A stretch of 64,000 nucleotides of DNA, taken from NCBI GenBank assembly GCA_022508525.1, contig JAFLVA010000001.1, positions 90,879 to 154,878 on the forward strand, given 5' to 3'. Source of the DNA: Erysipelotrichales bacterium. GTDB taxonomy: Bacteria; Bacillota_I; Bacilli_A; RFN20; CAG-826. Numbering within the stretch: position 1 is the stretch's first letter; every line of letters begins with the position of its first letter. Shown piece after piece: positions 28,381 to 38,559 of the stretch. Below the pieces are notes generated by a model. The model ran no database searches and was not told where the DNA came from. It saw nothing but the letters and a program-made list of their open reading frames with translations. The position numbers and the translations under genes are program-made.

Positions 28381-29823
28381 ATGGCATTTTGTAAGGTAGT
28401 GCATACACCAGAAATGAAAGAAGCTGCTAAACGTAATAAAGAAATTATAAATGCAACTTACAAAAATCTTGAAGTATCAGAAAATTTAAAAAATATCGCG
28501 AAAACGCGTTCTTATTTTATTCGTACATATGGCTGTCAAGCTAATGTACGTGATGAAGAGACAATGGCGGGTATTTTAGAGTTTGCGGGATTTACTAAAG
28601 CTAAAAAAATTGAAGACGCTAATATAATCATTTTAAATACTTGTGCTGTTAGAGAAAACGCAGAGGACAAGGTATTTGGAGAAATTGGTCAACTAAAAGG
28701 ATTAAAACATAAAGGCGATGATCGAATAATTGCTATTTGTGGATGTATGATTCAACAAACACATATAGTTGACATTATTCAAGAAAAATTCCGCCATGTT
28801 GATTTATTATTTGGCACACACAATATTGATAACATTCTTAATTTGCTTGAAGAAGTATATGAAAAGAAAGTGCGCTTAATTGATGTAGAATCCAAAATGG
28901 GAGAAGTAATTGAAAATCTTCCAACAACGCGAATTGATCCATACAAAGCATTTGTTAATATTATGTATGGTTGTGATAAGTTTTGCACATATTGTATTGT
29001 TCCATATACTAGAGGAAAAGAACGTTCACGTAAAATGGAAGATATCCTAAAAGAATGTCAAGAATTAGTGGACAAAGGCTATCAAGAAATTACCCTTTTA
29101 GGTCAAAATGTAAATGCATATGGTAAAGATTTAAAAGATGGCTCTAGTTTTGCAAATTTAATGGAATGTGTTGCTAAATTAGGTATTCCTCGTCTTCGCT
29201 TTACAACTTCACATCCATGGGATTTCACTGATGAAATGATTGATATAATAGCAAAATACGATAATATTATGAAATCAATTCATCTTCCAGTTCAATCCGG
29301 AAATGATGAGATTTTGCGACTCATGGGTAGACGTTACACATCGGAACAATACAAACAATTAGTTGACAAAATGAAAGCAAAAATTCCTAATCTTGTTTTA
29401 ACAACAGATATAATTGTTGGTTTCCCAAATGAAACATATGAACAATTTGCTGATACTTTAAAAATGGTCGAGTATGTGAAATATGATGGAGCATTTACAT
29501 TTATTTATTCTCCGCGTGTTGGAACACCTGCCGCAAAAATGATTGATAATGTTACGATGGAAGAAAAACATAAACGATTCGATGAATTAGTAAAAACCGT
29601 TGAAAAACACGCTATTCCAAAAGCTGAATCTTATGTTGGAAAAACATTGAAAGTATTAGTTGATGGAACATCAAAGAAAAATAAAGATGTACTATCTGGA
29701 TATAGTGAAGAAAATAAACTTGTTCATTTTAGAGGCAATTCATCTTTAGTTGGTAAAATCGTTAAAGTTAAAATAAAAGAATCGCATTTATATAGTGTGA
29801 TTGGAGAACTTGTAGATGAGTAA
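28381..29823 (+). CDS. miaB: tRNA-2-methylthio-N6-dimethylallyladenosine synthase (radical SAM)
   Basis: UPF0004 N-domain (TYGCQAN...NTCAVRE), CDKFCTYCIVP radical-SAM motif, TRAM C-terminus. Confidence 0.95.
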   Translation: MAFCKVVHTPEMKEAAKRNKEIINATYKNLEVSENLKNIAKTRSYFIRTYGCQANVRDEETMAGILEFAGFTKAKKIEDANIIILNTCAVRENAEDKVFGEIGQLKGLKHKGDDRIIAICGCMIQQTHIVDIIQEKFRHVDLLFGTHNIDNILNLLEEVYEKKVRLIDVESKMGEVIENLPTTRIDPYKAFVNIMYGCDKFCTYCIVPYTRGKERSRKMEDILKECQELVDKGYQEITLLGQNVNAYGKDLKDGSSFANLMECVAKLGIPRLRFTTSHPWDFTDEMIDIIAKYDNIMKSIHLPVQSGNDEILRLMGRRYTSEQYKQLVDKMKAKIPNLVLTTDIIVGFPNETYEQFADTLKMVEYVKYDGAFTFIYSPRVGTPAAKMIDNVTMEEKHKRFDELVKTVEKHAIPKAESYVGKTLKVLVDGTSKKNKDVLSGYSEENKLVHFRGNSSLVGKIVKVKIKESHLYSVIGELVDE

Positions 29824-30127
29824 TTTTGACTCGCAATTAGAAAAATTAAAAGATAAGCTTTTTGATCAAGAGAGTGTTAAAACATATTTTTCGTTAAAAT
29901 CGCAAATTGAACAAAGTACTGAATTAAATGAATTAAGAAATAAAATTAGGTATTATGCTCAAGAAATGACAAAAAATATGGACGATGACGAAACTTATTT
30001 TAAAAACAAAGAATTATATGAACGAGTTTTGAGTGAATATAATGAACATCCACTTGTTGTAGATTATAATGTGGTAGCAGAAGAAGTTAATAATTTACTA
30101 AAACAATTAAAAAATATTATCGAATAA
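29816..30127 (+). CDS. YlbF/YmcA-family protein (RicA-like)
   Basis: Small helical protein immediately downstream of and overlapping miaB, as ymcA is in B. subtilis. Weak sequence pattern only. Confidence 0.45.
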   Translation: MSNFDSQLEKLKDKLFDQESVKTYFSLKSQIEQSTELNELRNKIRYYAQEMTKNMDDDETYFKNKELYERVLSEYNEHPLVVDYNVVAEEVNNLLKQLKNIIE

Positions 30128-30150
30128 GAGAGTAAAACTCTCTTTTTTTT
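30127..30150 (+). terminator. Rho-independent terminator
   Basis: gagagt-aaa-actctc followed by T8. Confidence 0.8.
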
Positions 30151-30168
30151 ATTTATTCAAACAAAGTG

Positions 30169-30213
30169 TTGATTGATGATGCTTTAATGTTATAATTAAT
30201 ACAGTTAATACAG
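30169..30213 (+). promoter_or_regulatory. Promoter plus tandem-repeat candidate operator of the GntR-ABC operon
   Basis: TTGATT, 16-nt spacer, TGtTATAAT. The -10 is immediately followed and overlapped by a perfect tandem TTAATACAG TTAATACAG (30196-30213). Confidence 0.5.
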
Positions 30214-30228
30214 ATTGGAGTGATGCCA

Positions 30229-30579
30229 ATGCGGACAGAAAGTAAACTTAGTGTCTATGAAAGTATCGTAGAAAGAATTAAACGCGAAATTTCTTTAGGC
30301 ATTTTAACAGAAGGAGAAAGACTTCCTTCTTGTCGCGAGCTAGCATTAGAAATGGGTGTTAATCCTAATACTGTTCAACGCGCGTATTCAACTTTAGAAG
30401 AACAAGGGATAATATATACAATTCCTAAAAAAGGTGTATATGTTAATAGTGGAAAAACTTCAAACATCTTATGTGAAGCAAAAAACCAGATTAAACTTTT
30501 AAAAGAACTTGGTGTCACGAAAGAACAATTAAAACAAATTATAGATAACGTATTTGAGGAGGATGAAAACAATGATTGA
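30229..30579 (+). CDS. GntR-family (YtrA-subfamily) transcriptional regulator
   Basis: Winged-HTH sequence GERLPSCRELALEMGVNPNTVQRAYSTLEEQGIIYT with a short C-terminal extension typical of YtrA-like regulators. Confidence 0.8.
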   Translation: MRTESKLSVYESIVERIKREISLGILTEGERLPSCRELALEMGVNPNTVQRAYSTLEEQGIIYTIPKKGVYVNSGKTSNILCEAKNQIKLLKELGVTKEQLKQIIDNVFEEDENND

Positions 30580-31447
30580 TGTCATTAACTTATGTAAAAG
30601 TTATGGAAAAAATAATGTACTAATTAATGCTAACTTGAAAATTGGCGATGGCAATATCTTTGGACTTGTCGGTATTAATGGTGCTGGTAAATCAACTCTT
30701 TTACGTCTTTTAAGTGGAGTAATGCAGGCAGATAGCGGACAAATTCTTATTAATGGTGAAGAAGTTTATGAAAATGAAAACATTAAAAAAGATATTTTCT
30801 TTTTGCCAGATGATCCTTATTACACGACAAATTTGACCGGAAATCAGCAGGCTATGTTTTATAAAAACTTTTATGAATTTGATGATAATATTTTCAAAAG
30901 TTATATAGAAAAATTTTCTTTAAATCCTAATAAGCCAATACGAAATTTTTCTAAAGGAATGAAAAGGCAAATATTTATATCATTAGCTTTAGCGTGTCGT
31001 CCAAAATATTTATTCCTTGATGAAGCATTTGATGGATTAGATCCTTTGGCAAGATTAGAGTTTAAACGTGGCTTAATCGAATTGCAAGAACAAGGAACAT
31101 CCGTAGTGATTGCCTCACATTCTTTACGTGAATTAGAAGATATATGTGATAGTTTTGCTTTGCTTGATGGTCATGTTGTAAAAGCATATGGAAAAATTGA
31201 TAATGAATTATCAAAACTTAATAAATATCAGTTGGTTTTTGCCACAAATATTGAACAGAAAGATTTACCATTTGAATGCATTCACTTTGAAAAAACAGGA
31301 AGAGTAATTAAAGTTGTTGTACGTGGCGATAGTGAAGAAGTGCGTACAAAAATTGCTGCAATGAAACCATTAATTGTAGATGAAATTCCAATGGACTTTG
31401 AAGATTTATTTATTTATGAAGTTGGAGAAAGGGGATATATCAAATGA
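30572..31447 (+). CDS. ABC transporter ATP-binding protein
   Basis: GINGAGKST, FSKGMKRQ signature variant, LFLDEAFDGLD, ASHS. Start at 30572, 9 nt after GAGGAGG. Confidence 0.85.
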   Translation: MIDVINLCKSYGKNNVLINANLKIGDGNIFGLVGINGAGKSTLLRLLSGVMQADSGQILINGEEVYENENIKKDIFFLPDDPYYTTNLTGNQQAMFYKNFYEFDDNIFKSYIEKFSLNPNKPIRNFSKGMKRQIFISLALACRPKYLFLDEAFDGLDPLARLEFKRGLIELQEQGTSVVIASHSLRELEDICDSFALLDGHVVKAYGKIDNELSKLNKYQLVFATNIEQKDLPFECIHFEKTGRVIKVVVRGDSEEVRTKIAAMKPLIVDEIPMDFEDLFIYEVGERGYIK

Positions 31448-32592
31448 AAAAGTATTTTACGTATTTATTAAAGAAAAATCTTTTGCCTCTTACTTTTTTA
31501 ACTCTGTTTTGCATAATTGTTTATGTTATTCCAATTTGGAATCAAAATTATAGTTTTTGGAATGATAATTACTTTACTTATTTTGCAGAACATGGATTCT
31601 ATCCATATTTAGATCTTCATTATTCAAAAATATCTCTTGCATTAGGTTTGATAGCAGTATTTATTCCGATTCTTGTTTTTTCATACAAAATGAATAAAAG
31701 AAGCGTAGATATGCATTACTCGTTGCCGTTAAGTAAAACTAAGGTCCTTATCTCACATTTCTTAGTAGGATTGGTCTTAATGTATGGCGCGTATACAATT
31801 GCTTATCTTTTAGGATTTTTGACGATAGCTCTTAACGTAAGACACATACATTTAATTTATTATCTTTGGCTTTATCTTGCCTCATTGATTCCTGCATTTA
31901 TCTTGTATTCTGTCACAGCTTTTGTTTATACACGCGCTAATACAAGAAAAGATGGAATAATTTCTGTAATCGGTGCGATTTGCTTATTTGCTCTAGTGTA
32001 TTCGCTAGTAGATAATTTAGCCTCTTCAAATTTTCCCAATGCGAATTTAGCATTTGGTGAGGGATCATTATTTCCTTTCCGTGTCTTATATGTAGTATCA
32101 GAAAAACTCGGTGATGCTATAAAAAACGGAAAAGTTGAATACTGGTTTAGTTCTACATCAAAAACTGTCATTTTAGATGATGCATTTATTTTAATAGGTG
32201 CAATACTATGGACTTTACTTAGTGCAGGGGCAACGGCAGGATTAATTTTAATGGAAAAGAAATCTAAAGCTGAAAATGTTGGACAAATATCGGAAAGTAT
32301 TTTCTGTTATAAACTTCAAATTCCTGCATATACCACAATATTAATTGCGACAGTTTTAACTATAGGTGGAGGAATGTTTATATTTTTCCTCATAATTTTT
32401 ATGGCATTTATTATGACGATTGTCTATCGACGCACAATCAAAATTGGAAACAAAGAAGCAATAATACTATGCTCTTCAATCATGGCTAGTGTAATTATAT
32501 ACTCCATTGTATATTTGATTGGAAAAGAACTTTATCCACCAGAAGAGATAGATTCTAGCACAGTTTCAATGATAAAGAATTGTTTATTTTAA
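31444..32592 (+). CDS. Polytopic membrane protein, probable permease partner of the ABC ATPase
   Basis: About 10 predicted hydrophobic segments. ATGA overlap with the ATPase gene. Confidence 0.6.
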   Translation: MKKYFTYLLKKNLLPLTFLTLFCIIVYVIPIWNQNYSFWNDNYFTYFAEHGFYPYLDLHYSKISLALGLIAVFIPILVFSYKMNKRSVDMHYSLPLSKTKVLISHFLVGLVLMYGAYTIAYLLGFLTIALNVRHIHLIYYLWLYLASLIPAFILYSVTAFVYTRANTRKDGIISVIGAICLFALVYSLVDNLASSNFPNANLAFGEGSLFPFRVLYVVSEKLGDAIKNGKVEYWFSSTSKTVILDDAFILIGAILWTLLSAGATAGLILMEKKSKAENVGQISESIFCYKLQIPAYTTILIATVLTIGGGMFIFFLIIFMAFIMTIVYRRTIKIGNKEAIILCSSIMASVIIYSIVYLIGKELYPPEEIDSSTVSMIKNCLF

Positions 32593-32706
32593 TAAGAACT
32601 AAGAAGAGTATTTAAATATAAATTTAGATGCTCTTTTTTATGATTAATTTAAATCATTTTTGCACTATTGAATGCGATTTTTCATATATTTTATTGGGTG
32701 AATATA

Positions 32707-33228
32707 ATGAATCGAGAAATTATTGCTAAAACTCTTGTAGGAAAAGGTAAGCTTGCTTTACAAGAAAGACAAGTTATAACTTTAGATGAAAACGTTTCAA
32801 AACCATTGGGTTGCTGGATTATTAATCATAAATTTGACACTAATCAAAGTGGAAAAAATATTGAATTAAGTGGAACGTATGATATTCAAATTTGGTATGC
32901 CTATGATGATGACAAGAAGACCAATGTATTTTACAAAACTGTACCATTTAACGGAACATTTATGGTTTCTTGGAAAAAGATAAAAACTTTAGATGACGAA
33001 ACAAAGCAAAAAGTGCATGTTATTAAATATCCTACTGCAACAGGCATGAATCAAAAAAGTGAGCACGAGGTAGAAATTATTATTGAGTCAGTATATTTTG
33101 TGGATGTATTTCAAGATTCAATTCTCACCATTAATACTTTAGAAGAAGATAAAGATGATGAAATAATTGACGAAGAAATCATTATGAATGTAAATCCAAA
33201 CTATCTCACGGATAAAAAAGAGAGTTAA
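32707..33228 (+). CDS. cotE: Spore coat morphogenetic protein CotE
   Basis: REIIAKTLVGKGK...PLGCWIINHKFD...GTYDIQIWYAY plus an acidic C-terminus resemble B. subtilis CotE. cotE-mutS-mutL synteny. Confidence 0.8.
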   Translation: MNREIIAKTLVGKGKLALQERQVITLDENVSKPLGCWIINHKFDTNQSGKNIELSGTYDIQIWYAYDDDKKTNVFYKTVPFNGTFMVSWKKIKTLDDETKQKVHVIKYPTATGMNQKSEHEVEIIIESVYFVDVFQDSILTINTLEEDKDDEIIDEEIIMNVNPNYLTDKKES

Positions 33229-33303
33229 AAATTAATTAATATAATTTTTAATATATGGTATCATTAATAAGATAGAAGATTTATTCTTTTCGAGGTGAAG
33301 TAT

Positions 33304-35823
33304 ATGAAAGAAAAATATTCTCCAATGATGATGCAATATTTAAAAATTAAAGAATCTTATCCAGATGTTTTGATTTTATTTAGACTCGGAGATTTTTATG
33401 AGCTATTTTTTGATGATGCAAAAATTGCTTCTAAAGAACTTCAATTAGCTCTAACCGGAAAAAATGCTGGAACAGAAGAAAGAGTGCCAATGTGTGGAGT
33501 GCCTCACCACGCAATAAAAAGCTACATTGCTAAACTTATTAATCGTGGCTATCGTGTTGGAATAGTTGAACAAATGACAGATCCTGCTTTAACTAAAGGT
33601 TTGGTGGAAAGAGATGTTGTTCAAATAATCACACCAGGAGCCTTTATGGATGTTAACTCCGATGATAATAATTACACAGTTGCAATTGATGAAACAGATT
33701 ATTGCTATGTTTTAGCATATTCTGATTTATCAACCGGAGAAATTAATGTCATGAATGTTGAAAAAGATGTTAATGTTCTCATCTCGGAATTAGATAATAT
33801 TTTAACTCATGAAATTATTGTTAAGACTTCTTTTAATAAAAACACCTTAGATATTATTCGTGGAAAAAGAAGTATTTTAGTGTCATATGAAGATAACGAT
33901 AACATTGAGCTTGAATTTGAAGGAATACTTCAAGAAGTTAAAGACTTATATCAAATGCGTGTTGTAATGCGTTTAATAAATTATTTTAGAAAAACTCAAA
34001 AAAGAGGATTAGATTATTTACAAGTTGCTCGTGTTATTAAGACAAATAAAGCTTTACAAATTGATGCTTATTCAAGATTAAATTTGGAATTAACACGCAC
34101 AATTAGAAGTGATGAAAAATACGGCTCACTCTATTGGTTACTTGATGAAACCAAAACTGCAATGGGTGGAAGATTACTTAAAAATTGGATTTCTAAACCA
34201 TCATCTGATATTGAAGAGATTTTATCTCGTCAAAATATGATTCAAAGTTTTGTGGATAACTTTATGATCAGAAATGATATAAGAGTTATGCTTGATGAAG
34301 TTTATGATTTAGAAAGACTTATTGCTCGCATTTCATTTGGTAACGCAAACGGGAGAGATTTATTACAACTTAAAAATTCTTTAATACCTTTACCAAAATT
34401 AAAAGAAACATTAAAACAATTAAATAATTCTCAAATTGATGAATTAGTAAATAAAATGTCCGATTTCTCTGAAATGGTAGAGTTATTAGAAAAGGCTATT
34501 TCTGAAGATGCTCCAATAACCGTAAAAGAAGGCGGAATATTTAAACCAAATTATTCTTCTGAATTAGATGAAATAATTGAACTTTCTCATGGTGGTAAAA
34601 AATGGGTAGCGGAACTTGAAGAGAAAGAACGCGAAAGAACCGGAATTAAAACTTTAAAGATTGGTTATAATCGTGTTTTTGGCTACTACATTGAAGTATC
34701 AAAAGGCGCTAAAGATCAAATTCAAGATGAATGGGGATATGAAAGAAAGCAAACTACGATTAATGGAGAACGTTTCATTACTCAAGAATTGAAAGAAAAA
34801 GAAGCACTTATTTTAAACGCCGATGAGAGAAGAATGCGTTTAGAATACGAACTTTTTGTCGATATTAGAAAGAAGATTCAAGATAAAACAACGCTTATTC
34901 AAAGGCTAGCTAATAATTTAGCTATTGTTGATGTCTTGGTATCTCTTTCAGAAGTATGTGCGCAAAATAATTTCGTGCGACCTAGATTTAATTTTGAAAG
35001 AAAACTTGAAATTATTGAGGGTAGACATCCTGTTATTGAAAAAGTCTTAAAAAATAAACGATATGTTCCTAATGATGTAGTATTAGATGAAAATACCGAT
35101 GTTTTACTAATTACTGGCCCAAATATGGGTGGTAAATCCACATATATGCGCGAGTTAGCGATTATTGTTGTAATGGCACAAATTGGATGTTTTGTTCCAG
35201 CAAAAGAAGCAAATTTAATGGTATTTGATCAAATATTTACGCGTATTGGAGCGAGTGATGATTTAGTATCTGGCCAATCAACATTTATGGTTGAGATGAA
35301 TGAAACTAATAATGCTTTAAGACACGCAACTGAAAATTCATTACTTATATTTGACGAAATCGGACGTGGTACAGCAACATTTGATGGTATGGCACTTGCT
35401 CAAGCTATTATTGAATATATAACTGCACGTTTACATGCTAAAACAATGTTTTCAACGCATTATCATGAATTAACCAATTTAGATGCCAAAATTCCTGCTT
35501 TAAAAAATGTTCATGTATGTGTAAAAGAAAATGAAGATGACATTACTTTCCTTTATAAGATTCAAAATGGAACAATGAATAAATCATACGGTATTAATGT
35601 AGCTCGTCTTGCGCATTTGCCAGATGAATTACTAGTGAGAGCAAAAGAGATTCTTTTAACATTAGAAAAAAATGGTGTTCAAACATCCACTAATGTATTG
35701 GTGAAAAAGGATCCTATAGAAGAAGAATGGATTAAAGATGTTAAGAATCTTGATCCTTTAAATATGTCACCATTAGAAGCACTTAATTTCTTATATGAAC
35801 TAAAGAAGAAAATGAAAAAGTAG
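33304..35823 (+). CDS. mutS: DNA mismatch repair protein MutS
   Basis: TPMMMQYL..K, FRLGDFYELFF, TGPNMGGKST, STFMVEM, DEIGRGT, THYHEL. Confidence 0.98.
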   Translation: MKEKYSPMMMQYLKIKESYPDVLILFRLGDFYELFFDDAKIASKELQLALTGKNAGTEERVPMCGVPHHAIKSYIAKLINRGYRVGIVEQMTDPALTKGLVERDVVQIITPGAFMDVNSDDNNYTVAIDETDYCYVLAYSDLSTGEINVMNVEKDVNVLISELDNILTHEIIVKTSFNKNTLDIIRGKRSILVSYEDNDNIELEFEGILQEVKDLYQMRVVMRLINYFRKTQKRGLDYLQVARVIKTNKALQIDAYSRLNLELTRTIRSDEKYGSLYWLLDETKTAMGGRLLKNWISKPSSDIEEILSRQNMIQSFVDNFMIRNDIRVMLDEVYDLERLIARISFGNANGRDLLQLKNSLIPLPKLKETLKQLNNSQIDELVNKMSDFSEMVELLEKAISEDAPITVKEGGIFKPNYSSELDEIIELSHGGKKWVAELEEKERERTGIKTLKIGYNRVFGYYIEVSKGAKDQIQDEWGYERKQTTINGERFITQELKEKEALILNADERRMRLEYELFVDIRKKIQDKTTLIQRLANNLAIVDVLVSLSEVCAQNNFVRPRFNFERKLEIIEGRHPVIEKVLKNKRYVPNDVVLDENTDVLLITGPNMGGKSTYMRELAIIVVMAQIGCFVPAKEANLMVFDQIFTRIGASDDLVSGQSTFMVEMNETNNALRHATENSLLIFDEIGRGTATFDGMALAQAIIEYITARLHAKTMFSTHYHELTNLDAKIPALKNVHVCVKENEDDITFLYKIQNGTMNKSYGINVARLAHLPDELLVRAKEILLTLEKNGVQTSTNVLVKKDPIEEEWIKDVKNLDPLNMSPLEALNFLYELKKKMKK

Positions 35824-35831
35824 GTGAATAT

Positions 35832-37667
35832 ATGGGAAAAATACAAGTATTAGATACTAAACTCGCTAATATGATTGCGGCTGGAGAAGTCGTTGAACGT
35901 CCTAGTAGCGTTTTAAAAGAATTAGTGGAAAATAGTATTGATGCACATTCAAAAAATGTGTCTGTATATGTTTATGATGCTGGAAGGAAAAAGATTGTTA
36001 TAGAAGATGATGGAGATGGAATGGACCGTGATGATGCATTAACATCTTTAAAAAGACATGCAACAAGCAAAATTTCTTCTTCCTTTGATTTGTTTAGAAT
36101 TAAGACTTTAGGCTTTAGAGGCGAAGCATTACCTTCTATTGCTTCAGTATCAAAAATGAAAATTACAACTTCAACTGGTGTTGGTGTCGGAACTGAATTA
36201 ATAGTAATAAATGAAGAAGCAACAGTAAATGATGCTCCTTTAAGAAAAGGAACAGTTGTTGAGGTCGAAGAATTATTTTATAACACACCTGCTAGATTAA
36301 AATTTTTAAAGACAGATTATACTGAAAACGCTAATAACATTGAAGTAATGAGTCGTATTGCTATGGCTCATCCTGAAGTATCAATTAAGTTTTATATTGA
36401 TGATAAAAAGCAATTTGCAACTACTGGAAGAGGAGATTTATTAGAAGTAATTGCTAACATTTATGGCTACCAATCAGCTAAATCTATGGTTCCATTTAGT
36501 TTTGAAGCAGTTGACTTTAAAGTCACTGGATTTTTAGGTAAACCTGATATTGCTAAAGCTTCAAGGTACTATACAATTACTCTTCTAAATGGAAGAAATG
36601 TTTATATGCCAAAAGTGCAAAAGGCTATAACTGATGCATATTCTGATTTTATTCCACCAAGTAAGTATCCTTTTGTAGTACTTAATTTTGAGGTCGATTT
36701 TGCTCTTGTTGATGTGAATGTTCATCCTGCCAAAAGAGAAGTAAGATTTTCTAAAGAGGAAGAACTTCGTCTTGCACTTTTAGAGCATATTCCGGGCGCT
36801 TTACGTCCTAAAACAATATTTGATGAAATCGAAATTAAAAAAGATCGAATTGTTAAAGAAGAAATTGAACATGTTAGTTTGTTTGATGAAAATGAACTTA
36901 ATAATGCTTCACAAGGTAATGTAGTCGTTAAATTCAAAGAACTTGAAGTTAAGGAAAATATAGTTCCTGAGGATTTATTTGAAGATGAAGAAATAGCAAA
37001 TGTAAAAAAAGAAGACCTGCATGATGAGAAAATAACTGAAATTAGTGAAGAAGTAAAAAAAGAAACAAGAAAAGTTTCTCCAATTAAGCCGTTAGCGCAA
37101 CTTAACAAAACTTATATTATTGGTGAAGATTATGATAATTCACAAGGTGGATTTTATCTTATTGATCAACATGCGGCAATGGAAAGAATCAATTATGAAT
37201 ACTTTAGTAGACTTTATGCTGGAAAAATTACTACCATGCAACCGTTATTTCCTGAAGTAATTCATCTTAGACCAAGTGATGTTAAATTATTTACTGAAGA
37301 TATAAGAGAGATGTTAAAAGCAATTGGTTTAGAATTTGAGCCGTTTGGTTTAAACACTTATAAAGTGGTCACAATTCCAACTTGGATTAGAAAAGATGAC
37401 GAAAAAGAGTATATTGATGAATTATTAGAAATGGCACTTCATGAAGATAAATTAGATACATTTAAATTACAAAAACATGCAATTGCTACTATGGCGTGCA
37501 AGGCGTCATTAAAGGCAAATATGAATTGTACAATGGAAGAGGCAAAAGTAATGCTAGATCGCTTGTTTAATTGCGAAAATCCGCATAATTGCCCACATGG
37601 TAGACCAATAATTATTAAATTTAGTAAATATGAACTGGAAAAGTTATTTAAAAGGACGGGCGTATGA
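35832..37667 (+). CDS. mutL: DNA mismatch repair protein MutL
   Basis: IAAGEVVERPSSVLKELVENSIDA, DDGDGM, GFRGEAL. C-terminal endonuclease motifs (DQHAAMERI, CP.GRP). Confidence 0.97.
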   Translation: MGKIQVLDTKLANMIAAGEVVERPSSVLKELVENSIDAHSKNVSVYVYDAGRKKIVIEDDGDGMDRDDALTSLKRHATSKISSSFDLFRIKTLGFRGEALPSIASVSKMKITTSTGVGVGTELIVINEEATVNDAPLRKGTVVEVEELFYNTPARLKFLKTDYTENANNIEVMSRIAMAHPEVSIKFYIDDKKQFATTGRGDLLEVIANIYGYQSAKSMVPFSFEAVDFKVTGFLGKPDIAKASRYYTITLLNGRNVYMPKVQKAITDAYSDFIPPSKYPFVVLNFEVDFALVDVNVHPAKREVRFSKEEELRLALLEHIPGALRPKTIFDEIEIKKDRIVKEEIEHVSLFDENELNNASQGNVVVKFKELEVKENIVPEDLFEDEEIANVKKEDLHDEKITEISEEVKKETRKVSPIKPLAQLNKTYIIGEDYDNSQGGFYLIDQHAAMERINYEYFSRLYAGKITTMQPLFPEVIHLRPSDVKLFTEDIREMLKAIGLEFEPFGLNTYKVVTIPTWIRKDDEKEYIDELLEMALHEDKLDTFKLQKHAIATMACKASLKANMNCTMEEAKVMLDRLFNCENPHNCPHGRPIIIKFSKYELEKLFKRTGV

Positions 37668-38548
37668 TATTTGTAATTGCAGGACCAACTTGTTCAGGCA
37701 AATCGTCTTTGGCAATTCGCCTTGCTACTGCCATTAATGGAGAAATAATTAATGGTGATGCTTTTCAGGTATACAAAGAATTAAATATTGGTACGGCAAA
37801 ACCTAGTGAAGAAGAAAGAAAAATTGTTAAACATCATCTGTTTGATTTTATTTCTCCAAGTAGAGAATATAATGTGAAAGATTATCAAGATGATGTACGA
37901 AAAGTTATAAACGAATTAACCACACAAAGAAAGAATATTATTATTGTGGGTGGGACTGGATTATATCAAAAGGCCGCCCTATATGACTTTGATTTTTCAG
38001 ATGAATTAGAAAAAGTAGATATGTCGGATTTAAATGAAAAATCTAATGAAGAATTATATGATTATTTAAAATCAATTGATGAGGAAGCCACAAAAAATAT
38101 TCATAAGAATAATCGTAAGAGAGTTTTAAGAGCGATAGAAATTTATCGATCTTCGGGAAAAACTAAATCAGAAATTATTCATGCTCAAGAGCACAAATTA
38201 GTTTATGACACATTATTTATTGGACTAAATATAAATCGTGATGTTTTATATGATATGATTAATGCGCGAGTAGATAAAATGATAAGCGATGGACTAGTGG
38301 AAGAAGTCAAGAATCTAAAAGCAAATTATGATATTACAAAGCATGCTTTTCAAGCAATAGGATACAAAGAATTGATTGATTATTTGGATGATAAAACTAG
38401 TTTAGAGGACGCTATAGAGTTAATTAAAAAACACTCAAGAAATTATGCAAAAAGGCAAATGACGTATTTTAAAAATCAATTACCAATGATTTGGTTTGAT
38501 AATGTGAATGATGCCTATGAGCATGTGTTAAATAAAATAAGCAAATAG
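37664..38548 (+). CDS. miaA: tRNA dimethylallyltransferase
   Basis: GPTCSGKSSLA, QVYKELNIGTAKP, GGTGLY, YAKRQMTYF. Confidence 0.95.
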   Translation: MIFVIAGPTCSGKSSLAIRLATAINGEIINGDAFQVYKELNIGTAKPSEEERKIVKHHLFDFISPSREYNVKDYQDDVRKVINELTTQRKNIIIVGGTGLYQKAALYDFDFSDELEKVDMSDLNEKSNEELYDYLKSIDEEATKNIHKNNRKRVLRAIEIYRSSGKTKSEIIHAQEHKLVYDTLFIGLNINRDVLYDMINARVDKMISDGLVEEVKNLKANYDITKHAFQAIGYKELIDYLDDKTSLEDAIELIKKHSRNYAKRQMTYFKNQLPMIWFDNVNDAYEHVLNKISK

Positions 38549-38559
38549 GAGGCAATTTT

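Noticed and set aside
36722-37108. 128-aa serine-rich ORF antisense to mutL
   Set aside because: It is a low-complexity artefact of the E/K-rich MutL linker read on the opposite strand. It lies wholly inside a confidently called gene.
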